Shown here: piece after piece, positions 12,830-24,800 of the stretch
Position numbering within the stretch: the first letter of the stretch is position 1
How the letters are laid out: each line of letters opens with the position of its first letter
Assembly (NCBI GenBank): GCA_000708835.1
Contig: DF237022.1
Coordinates: 62,001 to 126,000 of the forward strand
DNA length: 64,000 nt
DNA from: Klebsormidium nitens
Taxonomy: Eukaryota > Plantae > Klebsormidiophyceae
Direction of reading: 5' to 3'
Position numbers and translations under genes: made by a program
Notes under the pieces: model-generated
Told to the model about the DNA's origin: nothing
Database searches by the model: none
Seen by the model: the letters and a program-made list of their open reading frames with translations, nothing else

Positions 12830-15800
12830 ATGCCTAGCTTACACAGCTGTCGCATCATGCGCTGTGCAGGCGCTGTGCCCCCTGGGCCCTGGGCCTCATT
12901 CAATGTGAAGCTCGGTGGAGGCCCTGAGGCGTTGTGATCTTTGTAGCAGACTTGATTCTTCAATGTAATCCTGCAATACATGATCACATTGCAGAGCGAA
13001 GTTGGGTTTGAAGCACGATGGTCGCCTTTCGGTGGCGGCCGGCCCGTTGGTTGAGTCCCTTGGTGAGCACCTAGAACTTCTCATTGTCTCGCGGAACTTT
13101 TCCAAATGAGGAACTTATTAAGGAGTGAGAGAAGTCAAAGAGATGGTGGAATAAAAGAAATGGTGCATTAGACGTGCACCACGGGATGCTGTTCCGTTCA
13201 GGGGTCTCACCGGTCCCTTCCGCTCATTCTGTCCAGTCCACCAATTTCAAAGGAAAAGGAAAGGAGAATTAGAATGATCGTCTGTGGGTGGTGGCTACAA
13301 TGGAAAGCAGCGACGCCAGCTCGTGCCCTTTCATTGAAAAGTTGACCTGCTTGACCAGATTGTTGTCAGCCTGACGTGACCTGTCGCTAGCTGAGGATCC
13401 ATGTTTCGGAGGGTACAATGCAAGGATAGAGCCTTTTAATGAAAGAACGTCGTACAGGATATCTGAAGCACTATCAACGAACAACTTTACATGAGAACAC
13501 AGGGGCTACTTCTTCACAAAACATGTGCCACAGAAGTGGTTGGGGATTCCAATAAGCTTGATCTGGAGTTTCGCCCCAATGTGTGTAGAAGTCTAGGAGT
13601 CAAACAAGTCAAAATATGGCCGATGCGGGCAAGTGCCTGGCCGCTGAATGAAGGATGCATCCCAAGCATCGCCAGATGCGGACACATGTGTCTCTTTCGG
13701 GCCAGCTTCAGTGGCATCTCCCTGCAATATGGGGCAACTTGATTCCAGGTGAACAACCATGGGTCCATCTGGTTTCAGCCAGCCACTCGATCTCACCGAC
13801 CACCCCCCCACTCATACTCCCACTGATGAACATCGAGTTGAAATCCCTCAAACCCCCTGCTGCAGTTATTGTTGGCCTCGATATGCACGACCGGAGCTGC
13901 GCAAGACTCCAGTGGGGATGCGGGGCTCGAGGCGGAGAAGTCTTTCTTCTCTCTGTTCAATATGGGGGCAAACGGGAGCTTTTGGGACAGCGACTTGCTT
14001 GTCAGAAGTACGCACTCAACTTTATTCCTCTGCGAGGCCACCTAAACTTTCAAATGAAGTTTGGAAATCCTGCGGTCATCATTGTACATTGGGTGGTCTA
14101 TCGATAGATTCGAGTTCTCTTCAGGAATACGCTCTTCATTCCAGGCGGTCTTCTCCATTCAGGTCTCCTGTGAAAAGCTACAAGTGGTATTGCCTAGATT
14201 CGGAGAAAGGTCGCTCACGGCAGAAGGGGCCGCATCTTGGTTCGGAGATTTTCCGCTTGAACGTTTATTGCTGCTTTTTGCTCCAGATTTGCAATGAGAT
14301 CAAATATTGAAACAGTTTCTTGGTAGCAGTCAGCCGATGTTAAATATCGCCCCTCTTAACCCTCTACTTTCTGTCCATTGCAAAGGGCCATCTGCAAAGT
14401 TGAATGAGAAGTATTTCTGCTTTCTTTGCAGCCCTGGACGAGCTTCAGAGGAATCGGCAAGGATTGGGCTGGGGGCCCGCGGAAGCCGAGGCTTACAAGC
14501 AAGCAGGTGACTGACCTATTGCTCGACCAACTTAGTTTGACTGCTCGCAGTTCATTGGTTTTCCAAAAGCCAATCTTCAGCGGGAACAGAGTTTGCTTCC
14601 TGTTCCATTATCATTCTGATCACTTCTGTAAGGGAGCCAGGTGATCAACTTTCGTTGCAAAAGTTGGGCGCTAGTATCTGCGCTTGTCTTTTTAAACAAG
14701 GGAGGATTTGTTCGTTTCGATTTTCGTGTGATTGAGCACTGTAGCAAGATTCTTGACGCATAGGACATAGAAAAGGATGCGCTTACTGAGGTCCATAAAG
14801 TAAGACTAAGCATACATTTCTTTTTCAGGTAACCTGGCAAACTACCTGGGGTTCGAGGACGTGGATAACCTGGCGCTAACCGTCCCGGTTAACTTCATCT
14901 TCGTTGGTTTTTCTGGGGATGGCAACCTGGGTTTGACGCTGCGGGAGGCGGAGCTTCGGCACTGGTTCCAGCATATCAACCTGGTGGTGCAGGTGGGTTA
15001 TCACGCTGACCGAAACTTAACCCTTCAACTTAACCAAAGACGGTGATGATTGAGATTTGGCTAGAAGTCAGTCAAACTTTGACTTCACGGAGCATGGTGA
15101 TGACGAGACTTAGGTAGAATTTAACTGAACTGGGATGCGTGGCGAGTTGAAAGAACTTTGTCTATGTGGAGCACTGTCTTTGCAGCCACGTGACCGACTC
15201 AAAACAAGCACAAGTTCACTGGGTCATGATAAAAGTCAAGCATGACGTAAGTTCTCTGGCCTCGAAGTAAGCGGAATCATTAAGCGCGGGCTGGGAGGGT
15301 AGGCAGCATCACGTCCAATTGCGCCCTAACGATAACATGAGCATTTGAGTCCGGAACTCGGCAAAACGGTTCATGTGGTAAGTCGCAAACGAGTCGGTGC
15401 ACTGCTTAGAACGAGCCAAAATGCGAACCTAGTGGAGCCGGTCAGCTTCCTGATGAGCCAGTCTGCGAAGCAAGACGAAGTTCTTCAACTGCTGGCGCTG
15501 CCCCATAGGAGTAAACAATGTTGACGGCGAGAAAATGTCCATCTTGTGCCTTTGTCTGTGACAGACAGAAGATTTAATGAGCTGTCACTTCGACAGAAAA
15601 AAGCGAATCAGAGGCCACCATCACCTCTGCAACGCCTGGGCCTCGGGAATTTGAGGAGAAGAAGAATTCAAAGTCGATATTTTTATCGACCTCGCTTTTT
15701 GCAGCACACTCGAGTTCCTCGTAGTGGGCACGGCCCGAAGAACGTCCGGCTCGAGCCGCAACACGAGGGAAAGGATCTTCCGGTATTGAGCTACGTACAC

Positions 15801-18800
15801 TACAAGTGAGCGCGCCTCCTTGTTCTTTCCCGTTGCTGACCTGCGTGTCTTCTCGCGCTCTCCTCCGTTTTCCCTGCCTGGTTTCATCTCGTATTGTTGT
15901 CTCGACCATCTTGTCTCGTGTCGTTGTCCCTTTTTTTGAAATTTCAAATCTACGAGCTTGGATCCAGCTGTGAGTCTTCTGTTCGGCCTTCAACGCCAGT
16001 TTCAATCACACATCTATTCCCGCACCTTGGCAGCCTTGAATCATGGAACATCTAGAAGACGCTGTTACTTGTATCTCTATTTGTCCTGTTTCTCGATCTG
16101 AGGTATATGCTCTTGCACCTGCAAGTCGTTATTTCCGTGGGCTAGGCTAGAGATGCCCGGATTGTGCCGCAACTCATAGAATCTTCAAATTTCCGGAAAA
16201 CTGTTGCGCTCCAACTGGTCGGACGTTTTTCCGTTTGCAGCTTCTCGGCACACGCCATCAACCTGAGCCCTCGCGTGTCTGCCCTCTTCGAAAAAGTGCT
16301 GTACGCGGCCGCTCGCAAGGAGGATCCATCCAGCCAAGAGTGAGTGATGCCGCGTCCTACAGCAGCATTTTGTTTCGGGTTGGTTTTGCTTAACAACTCA
16401 GTCGAGTGTTCTTTGGCCTCGGATCGAAGCCAACATGTTTCGACCGGACCGTAAAGGTTGCGTGCACTGAACAGCTTTTCGATCATTTGAAGACAGCGAA
16501 AAGGGACCCTTTGGTCAAGACTGAAATGGAGAATGTCTTGATTGGGCAGACCCTTATAGATGCAGAATTGTGGTAAAACGACCCCTGAATAGTCGCCAAA
16601 TGGTAGATATGCGAACGCCGTGTCCAACAGCCCCAAGGATGAGCAGGGCCTTCGTCAAATAACCCCGTGAGGCAAACCTGCAATGAAGCAGACCCGTTGT
16701 TCAGCAGTGTTTGTTAAGCAAACCCTTTCCTTCAAACTCTTTCTGTCAAGCAGAACCGTATTGAAGGCAGCCTGTGCGTGAGCGACCCGTAGCCCATGTG
16801 TTAGCCAACCGGGTTCTGATGTAAAGCAAGTCCTTCGTAAACCTGAAGGCCAGTCGCTAATCTTGATCCAGGTCGACATTTTTAAGTATACCCGTCTTTG
16901 AGCATACGCTTCGATGATGCAAAGACGTCCGCAAGGACAAATGCGCTTAACCCTAGTCGTAATCAAGCAGGAAATTGGTTAGCCAGACCTTATCTCTAAT
17001 AACAGGCCCGGCTTCGGCAAATAATAGCAGGTGGAGCTAGATCTAGTTGGAAGCCTTGTAATCGGTGCCAACATACAACACAAAGCCAATAAAACTTGGT
17101 ATCTTATCTAACTAAGCAGACCCGCCCTTCAGCAGACTGGTGGTTTAGCGAAGCATTATTAAGCAAACCCTGCTTCTACTCACAGGCCCGGCACCGATGA
17201 GTGGTACCAGGTTGTCGCCGGTTTCGTTGGCAGCCTCAACAGATCTTGGCAAAGAAAAGCCATTTTTTCGAAACTCCGTGGTTAGGCAAACAGTAACAAA
17301 GCAAAAACCTACTGTTCCTCGCAGGCCCGGCATCAATTGAATGGTACCAGGTAGACTCCGAGTTCCTGAGCAGCTTAAGCAGACTTTTTGTCAAAGCACC
17401 CATTAGCCCAAAAATATGTTTAAGCAAACCTGTGACTAAGCAAAACCTGCTCTAACTCGCAGGCCCGGCACCGACGAGTGGTACCAGGTTGACGCCGACT
17501 TCGTTGGCAGCTTTATTGGCTCGTTTCTGGACCACCTGAAGCTGAGCAAAGCGTACAACATACTGATTCTCAACCCCAAGAAGGCCGCGCTGCCCGGGCG
17601 GTACGGGTATAGAATCGGGCTCTCGCCAGCAGACCTACTCGTGCTGCAGCAGGTGAGACTGTCATTGGTGATCTTGTGCAATTTACTTCTGCTTTTCGTT
17701 TACCGAGCCCTGTCCAGGATAATGTCGATAGTTGGACACGTGTGCGGGCTGCTTAAAAGGAAGCCCAGTGCCCAAACCGGGGTGATCGTTGTGGAAACGG
17801 CTAAGGGAGATTGCACGGGCGAGAGATAGAGACAAACCGGTTTCTAACAATCATTGAGCAACTGATGCATGGTTGAAAAACTGGTTTGGAATGCTGAATC
17901 CTGTCCGAGGCTCTCAGTGACAGGTGGACATGTGTTAAAGCTGAGTAGGAAACCCCGGTTCTCAAACTGGTGATGTTAAAGTGAGTAACGGCTGAAGTTG
18001 AGCGCGCAGGTGGAAATCAAAAGAAGGGAGGCTTTAGCAACGATAACATGATTGGTGCCGCAGGTTAAAGGATGAATGCATATGGGAAGGCGGCGACGTA
18101 CGGCTTCGCTCGAATCGGGTTACTATCAATCATCCAACCTTTCTCCTTTCCGTCGTGCTTTTAGCCTTGGTAAGAACATTGAGCGCCATCCCTGCTGACG
18201 TCGTTTCTGACGGTTGCTGAAGTCATCATTTCTGCTTTCCCCACAGAACGAGGAGCGGACCCGGAAGCTGCTGGCCTTTGCCAACAACGAGGCGCCGTCA
18301 GAAGTTTTCGGTGAGCTGGACCGTTCTTCCGTACACTCGTTTCCCAATGAGAAGCTTGGCCTACTGAAGATATTTTGTTTTCCCTGACAACGCCCTGTTT
18401 TGCAGCTCACGATACAGCCCCCGCCGGTTTCGTGCGCCTCTTACCTAATATCTCTGTCAACCACTCCAAGTCTGCCGTTGCTTCCAACTCTCTCTTAACA
18501 GAGATGGTTGTTTCAGTCTCGGGGAGCCAGCTTACAAACAGAGTGGAGACAACGAACTGACTATGCCAGGCAGGCTCTAAAAACGAACATGTCATGGCAG
18601 GCAAGTTTTAAAGCCCGAAAATTACCAACCCGGGGAACGCTTAGCCGCAGGGTTTACAGTTTCTGCGGCATGCAGCTCGCGCTTTGGCACCCCAAATCAT
18701 CTGAGCACTCTCCTTTTTATCAAAGCACTCTTGTTGAGTGTGAGGCAAAGTCCAATCGAGCAGGTCAGCGAGGAAAAGCGGGTAGGATTCCGACAGAGAC

Positions 18801-21800
18801 GCGGAGTGCTTGCCAGCCCACTGTTGCAACAGAGGTCAAAGGCTTCAATTCTCTGCGTCTGAAGCGCCTCGCCAGACAGATCCGGTGGCCCGCGGTCCGT
18901 GGCGTCTCGAAATCGTGTAGACAGGTTGAAACTTGAAAATAAACTCTATTGCCTTCTAGGAACCATGTGCTTTCGCAGGCAAAATCAAGGGCCTCGATAA
19001 CCTCCGTCCAGAGCGTTCCGCCGGACATTCCCTGTGGCCCGCAATCTGCAATCCGGCGTCTTGGCGTCTCCAAATCATCTAGACGGATTCATAGTTGCAA
19101 GAGATATATCTTCCAAAAATCCGCTTGTTCTTGCAGGCAAAATCAAGGGCCTTGACCACCTGCGTCCGGAGCGCCCCGCCGGACAGTTCCTGTGGCCCGC
19201 GGTCCGAGCGTCCGACGACGAGGCCTGGGTGAAGGCGTTCGAGGACGCGGTTTTCGCCGAAGAAGAGGACCTGCACACGAGCAACGTGCACGGGCTGAGT
19301 GATGTGGATGCGCTTTACAGGCGGCTGGAACATGTGAGCTTTTCGCTCGTCCGTCGGTCGTTGACAATCTTTTGGACTCTCTAAGAGTGTAGACTGTGGT
19401 GTTTGACAATCTTGTGCTTTGGCGAAAATTGACGAGTTGTGGACGGGGAACGTGCACGCGCTGAGTAACGTGGCAGGCGCTTGGAACATGTGCGGTCGAA
19501 GTCGAAATTGCTTCTCACAAGTTTCGGGTTGGTTGTCCAGATCGCTTTCTTGAGATTTGTCTCGTTTGACTTGCGATGTTCGCCGCGATTTGTACACGGG
19601 CAAAAAGCATGGGCTGAGTGATGGGGATGCACTTTTTAGGCGGTTGGAAGATGTGGATTTGTCGGCAAGTCTTTCACAATTTCTTTTTTAGAGATTACTG
19701 AGGGTATGACTCGCGTTGTTTGAAAGTACTTCAGTTAGGCCGGAAGAAGGAGATCTGCACACGGGCAATGTGCACGGGCTGAGTGGCTTGGATGCGCTGC
19801 ATAGGCGGCTGGAACATCTGCACACGGGCAATGTGCACGGGCTGAGTGGCTTGGATGCGCTGCATAGGCGGCTGGAACATGTGAGGACGTGGTTTCGTTT
19901 TCACGTTCCGCTTTCTCTTGGTTGCCACCTCGTCTTTCTTTCGTGTCAAGCCAGTTATTTGTGAACATAGCGATAATCTCAAACACGGGAGGCAAACATT
20001 TCTGATCCCCTGAAGCTTTGTTACGACTGTTAAACTTTGTTCCTCAAATTTAAACCCTTTTCTGCGAAACCCAAGGTCTGCCAACCTTCGAAAAACCACA
20101 CGCCTTATTTCAATGCCCTACAAAACCTAATCTGAAATGACGGACACCTTCACAGACCCTGCGGAAAGGCTCATGGGGCGCGGCGCTGTACCTGCGAAAG
20201 GCCCTTGAGCGGGGGGGAAAGAAGACACAGGCAGACGCTTTGGTAGACGTTTGGATCGGGAACGGACGGTGAGCTTCTTTCTGCTTTGTCAACGCAAAAT
20301 CTCGCATACAACGACCAATAGCGGCAAGCTTTACTCCGCTTGCTAGGTGCGAAGCCCCTGGTACGTTGTACATTTCGTTACCTGCGAGTGACTAGCCCGC
20401 TTCAAGTTGGGTCAGTCTCCCAAAAACTGAACCGTTTGATGGCAGTGCTTCGGAGCCAAAGACATGCTTCCTTGTGAAATTGGGTTTGGTTCAGGCGGCC
20501 AGGTTTGTTGAGATGCGCGAAAGCGACTTTGTGGGCACAATTCATCAACCGGAAAGGATCGCATCCAAGCATCTCTCCGTGAAAACAGATATTGAGGGGA
20601 GAGCACTTTAGGAACGAAGACCGTCCTGCTTGCTTATTCCAAAGCAGAGGGCAGTAAAGACTCGCTTTGCATTGTTCTTCTGGGGGTTTGCCTGAGTAAA
20701 TGACCATGAGCCTCTTCACGTACGGGTCCGTAGTCCGCGGTCTCCGAACTCGAAGAGCTTCAGTTCAGCACATGGCTAGAGAGCAATCTCGTTTTTGACT
20801 TGGGTATGCATTCCGGGTCCTCGTGGTACTTTCGTTTCCTGCAACATGCTTGGAAAAACAAACCTTGCACCACAGGCTTGCGTGGATTGACTCAATCGGG
20901 GGCCCCTTTGCGTTCGGTCTGGTGGTCCACCTCTCCGCATTCTGAGAACTTCAAATCAGTCCTTAGTGAGACATACACCGTTTCTGGTATGTCTTCCGTT
21001 CTTTCTGTGAAGAGATTGATAATATTTTTACTGCAGGTTTGCGTGGATTGACCTTACTGCCGGCCCCTTTTCGTACGGTCCGGTGGTCGGGGGCGAGGGC
21101 CTTCGTACGGACGGCAGCGTTCCGGACGTCGAGGAGATTTTTGGGAACGCCACGGATGCTGGATCACAGCCGGGTGAGCTTCTCTTTGCAAGGAAGCTCA
21201 GAACGAATTCAGGTAGTCAAAGAGTGAATGATTCTGGTTGTCACACGATATTGATTCCAATCCGCATCGATAGCATTGGGCTGTGGCATACCGCACACGG
21301 TTTACCTGCTAAGACCTGAATCAGTTTTGATGGTCCTATTCCACGTGGGCTTAATCAGTCTGGTGACAAGCCGGGAGCGAAGCTGGAGGACTCCACCGGT
21401 GTTTTGCCAACTTAGTACACCAGATACTGTTCAGCTCTTCCTATCAGTTTTACACCCTCGGTAAAGCTTTCTGCTTCGCTCCCTTCGCAGAAGAGTCCGA
21501 CGCGGAATTGTAGAAATGTCATTAGGTACTGCTAAGCCCGAAGCGTCAAGCCCTGAACCCGCTTCTCCAGAAACTCGTAGATGCATCAAACCCTAAAGTC
21601 CTCTTATATCCGTTCGTTCCGCAAGAGACTCCGACGCAGAAGTGGAGAAAGTGTTGTAAGTGCTAAGCCCGAATCTGTCAAGCCTTGTAACCCGGCTCTT
21701 GCCAGATTTTCTAAACCAAACAACCATTCCGCTCTGCTCGTTCTGCAGAGCACAGAACTGCGGACACGTTATAAAAAAATCTTTGACAATAATAAAGCAC

Positions 21801-24800
21801 GGTGTTTCAAGCCGTGAACCCGGCTTCCCCTACAATCGTTTCCGTTCTGCTTGTTCCGCAGACAAGTCCGATGCGGAATTGGAGAAGGAACTAGAGATGA
21901 TCGCATCCCGGCGTTTCGAGGGCCTGGAGGCGCAGGGCGTCCACGAGGCGGATATGCTATTGGCGGAGTTGGACGTATACGAGATGTTCGCCAAGGCGTA
22001 CTGCAGGGGACGGCGGAGAAAGATCGCGCTTTGCGATTCTCTGCAGGCAAGACGTGCTTCTCCCGACGTGATATTTCCGTCAAGCACGTTACTATGTCGT
22101 GCATCTGAGCGTGCAAGTGACTTGTTTACAGGAGCGTTCGAGCGAACTATACACGGAGCTATGAAAGCAGTACTTCAAAGGAGAAGACCCGGATAAGCTC
22201 CAGGAGGCAATCAGGACGTGTAGCTCATTGCTTACGTCCCACTGCTTATGCTTTTTAGAAAAGGCGTTTGAGCACCATTCACGCCGATTTGTGGAAGCAC
22301 TACCCCCGAATGAACGGCTTACAATCGCTAGGAGATTGTCAGGAATCGTGTTCCATACCTATGACTCGCCAGCTTATAGCTTACCACTGCTTGCAGCAGC
22401 GTACGAGCAACATGCACGCGGTGCTATGGAAGCACCACCCCAAGATCGAAGACACCGACCAGCGCCAGCAAAATGTCAAGCTTTACAGGCATCAGTCTCC
22501 ATACCCTATGACCCGCTTGCTTATCGTTGATGGCTTCCTGCAGGAGCGTATGAGCGACATGCACGCGGAGCTATGGAAGCACCACCCCAAGATCGAAGAC
22601 ACCGACAAGCGCCAGGAGATCGTCCAGGCAGCAGCTCGTATCCGACATCGATCGCCGCTTTTTGAGGGGGAGACAGGACACGAGGAGGCGTATGTGCCGG
22701 TAAGCAGCAAAGTACCTCTTCCAGAACCGTCTAAAGTTTGTCGTCGGGGTTCCTGGTTCTCTCAAAGTTGCGGTTTTCGTTTGCTCTTGTCAAGAGGGCC
22801 AGTTCGAAAGGGTCGCCCCTTCCTGGCTCCATATGGGACACCTCGAGCAGATTTGGATTTGGAAGAGGAGCAGACTATGACGCTGTGGAGCAGATATATA
22901 AGATGTGCGAGGTGGACGAATGCTGGGAACGGCGGTTCTTTAAAGCTCGCATGATTGCCATTTTCGATTTCCGGTTCCACGATACGCCTCTCCACTAGCG
23001 CTCTTAGTTGCACTTCGTGACAAAGAGTGGAATCGGAGTTGTATCAAAAACGGTTCGAGACTTTTTCCTCGATTCGAACTTAACAGGACAAGAAAGGTAC
23101 GTGCCTGCCAAACTGTTGGCGGTGCGGTACCGTCCATTCCAGCTGCTTCATGAGTTAAAAGCCAGGTAAAACTGTCTAGTCAACGCCAACATTAAAATCG
23201 TAACATCCTCCTTTTTCGCAGGCGTTGATCTACTAAACTTATCTGAAGTTCTTGAGTGGCTACTTTTTGTCGCAGGGAAGTCCCAGCCCCAACTCCCGCG
23301 CCCGGGACAACTTTCTGGCGCGTTTGGGCGCCCTTCTGTCCCGCACTCTCAGGCACGTGGTCGCCCCTTCGACCGCCCAGGGCTTCCACCCGTTCCACGA
23401 GAAGGTGGCCGTGCAGCTGTACCTGGTAACTCAGGTGGGGAGCACTTTTGACGCTATTTTTTACCCCCCCTCGTGGTGGTGCTCGCAGAAGCCAAGACCT
23501 TGCTTTGAGAGTTGCCATAACCGGCACAGAACGCACTGTCAATTTCCACTACTTAACAATCGATATTTTCAAGTCCTGAAATTTTCATTACACAACTGGA
23601 GAGCGGGTTCCCCGACGCCGTCCCTTTATGGCCCTCCGCAACGAGGCCTTCGACCGGGGCCTCGGAAACCAAGTCTCTCAATGGTACGGAATGACCGCTC
23701 AGATAGTGAACAAGTCACCGCACCTTCGCTCCATTGCACATAGGGCATGCGCGCGGAAGTCAAGACTTCTGTCGAGGGCCGCCAGAACCAGGTAGTATCT
23801 TAGAAAGTCTCACAAAGCACAGAGCGTATTGGATGAAAGTCGCAGTCTCCGATTATTGCAAAGCCCTCAATCCAGAGAATCGAACATACTTCTGCAGAGC
23901 GGATCCGCCGACGACTTCCCCTTCCTGGCCCTCCGCAACGAACTCCTCGACATGCGCCTTCCGAACCAGATCTTCCAGTTCTCCGGAACCACCGTCCAAC
24001 TGGGCGATGATCCCGCACTCGCGATGGCCTTCTCGGAGGCTATTCACACCGCGGTGGTACCTACCTTAAAAGCGAACGGTACCAAAGACGCGAGCAAAAG
24101 GGTGTACCTGGACTCGGCGCAGTTGCAGGCGCAGCTGCAGCACCAGATGCACGACGGCAGGGGGGTCCTCCGAGGTGAGGAACCGACCCCCCGTTGGTCA
24201 ATCGGATGCACGGGCTACTCTGTGTGAAATCTGGCAGCCGATGCTTAAGGGATGGGTATTGTATTTGGGGGTTTGGTTTGCGACGGAGAACTTCCCCCGT
24301 TTTATGTCCTCGCCAACTGACAACAAAACCTTCCTCAGAGGTCACCAAAGAAAGCATTGAAGTTTGAGCCGGATCAGTGGCCGAAAGAGTAAAAAGCAAC
24401 GGAAGACCTTCCTTGCTTGTCTTGAGAGCAAGGTAAACCTACTTCGCTGCGAACGATAAGGCTTGGCTCTTTCAAGTCATGCGGGGTTATTATCCCCTCG
24501 AAGTTCGCTATCGACGAGCTGATTCAAACAGGTGGCGCACTCGTTCGGGCAATGCATGATTTAGACGCGAAATTTCTTGAACCGTTTCTTTCTGTTGGCG
24601 TGCAGCGATAGAAGAGATGTACAAGCTGGAGAACGTGTTCGACACGAGCAACCGGATCGTGGGTAAGTGCCACGTGTTTTTCCTTCAAATGTCCACGTCG
24701 GTCGTCGCTTCTCTCGACCTCTCATTCCCGCGGTGACTCGTTGCAAGCCTGCGCATCTGCTGATTCAGATGAGCTCGACTTGCTGCGGTGGCCGCACAAC

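Noticed and set aside
13759-13865. Start at ATG 13759 with a frameshift in the C5 run (13853-13857)
   Set aside because: A good acceptor at 13865 plus a phase-0 upstream exon (12830/12857-12904) explains the frame without an error. Not excluded without cDNA.
14826-14834. Recursive-splicing-like CAG|GTAACC (also CAG|GTATGC at 32368)
   Set aside because: AG|GT at acceptors is common, and the introns are short with no need for recursive splicing.
22268-22954. 228-aa ORF as a separate repeat protein gene
   Set aside because: It is the exon 22544-22699 read together with its upstream copies and downstream intron.
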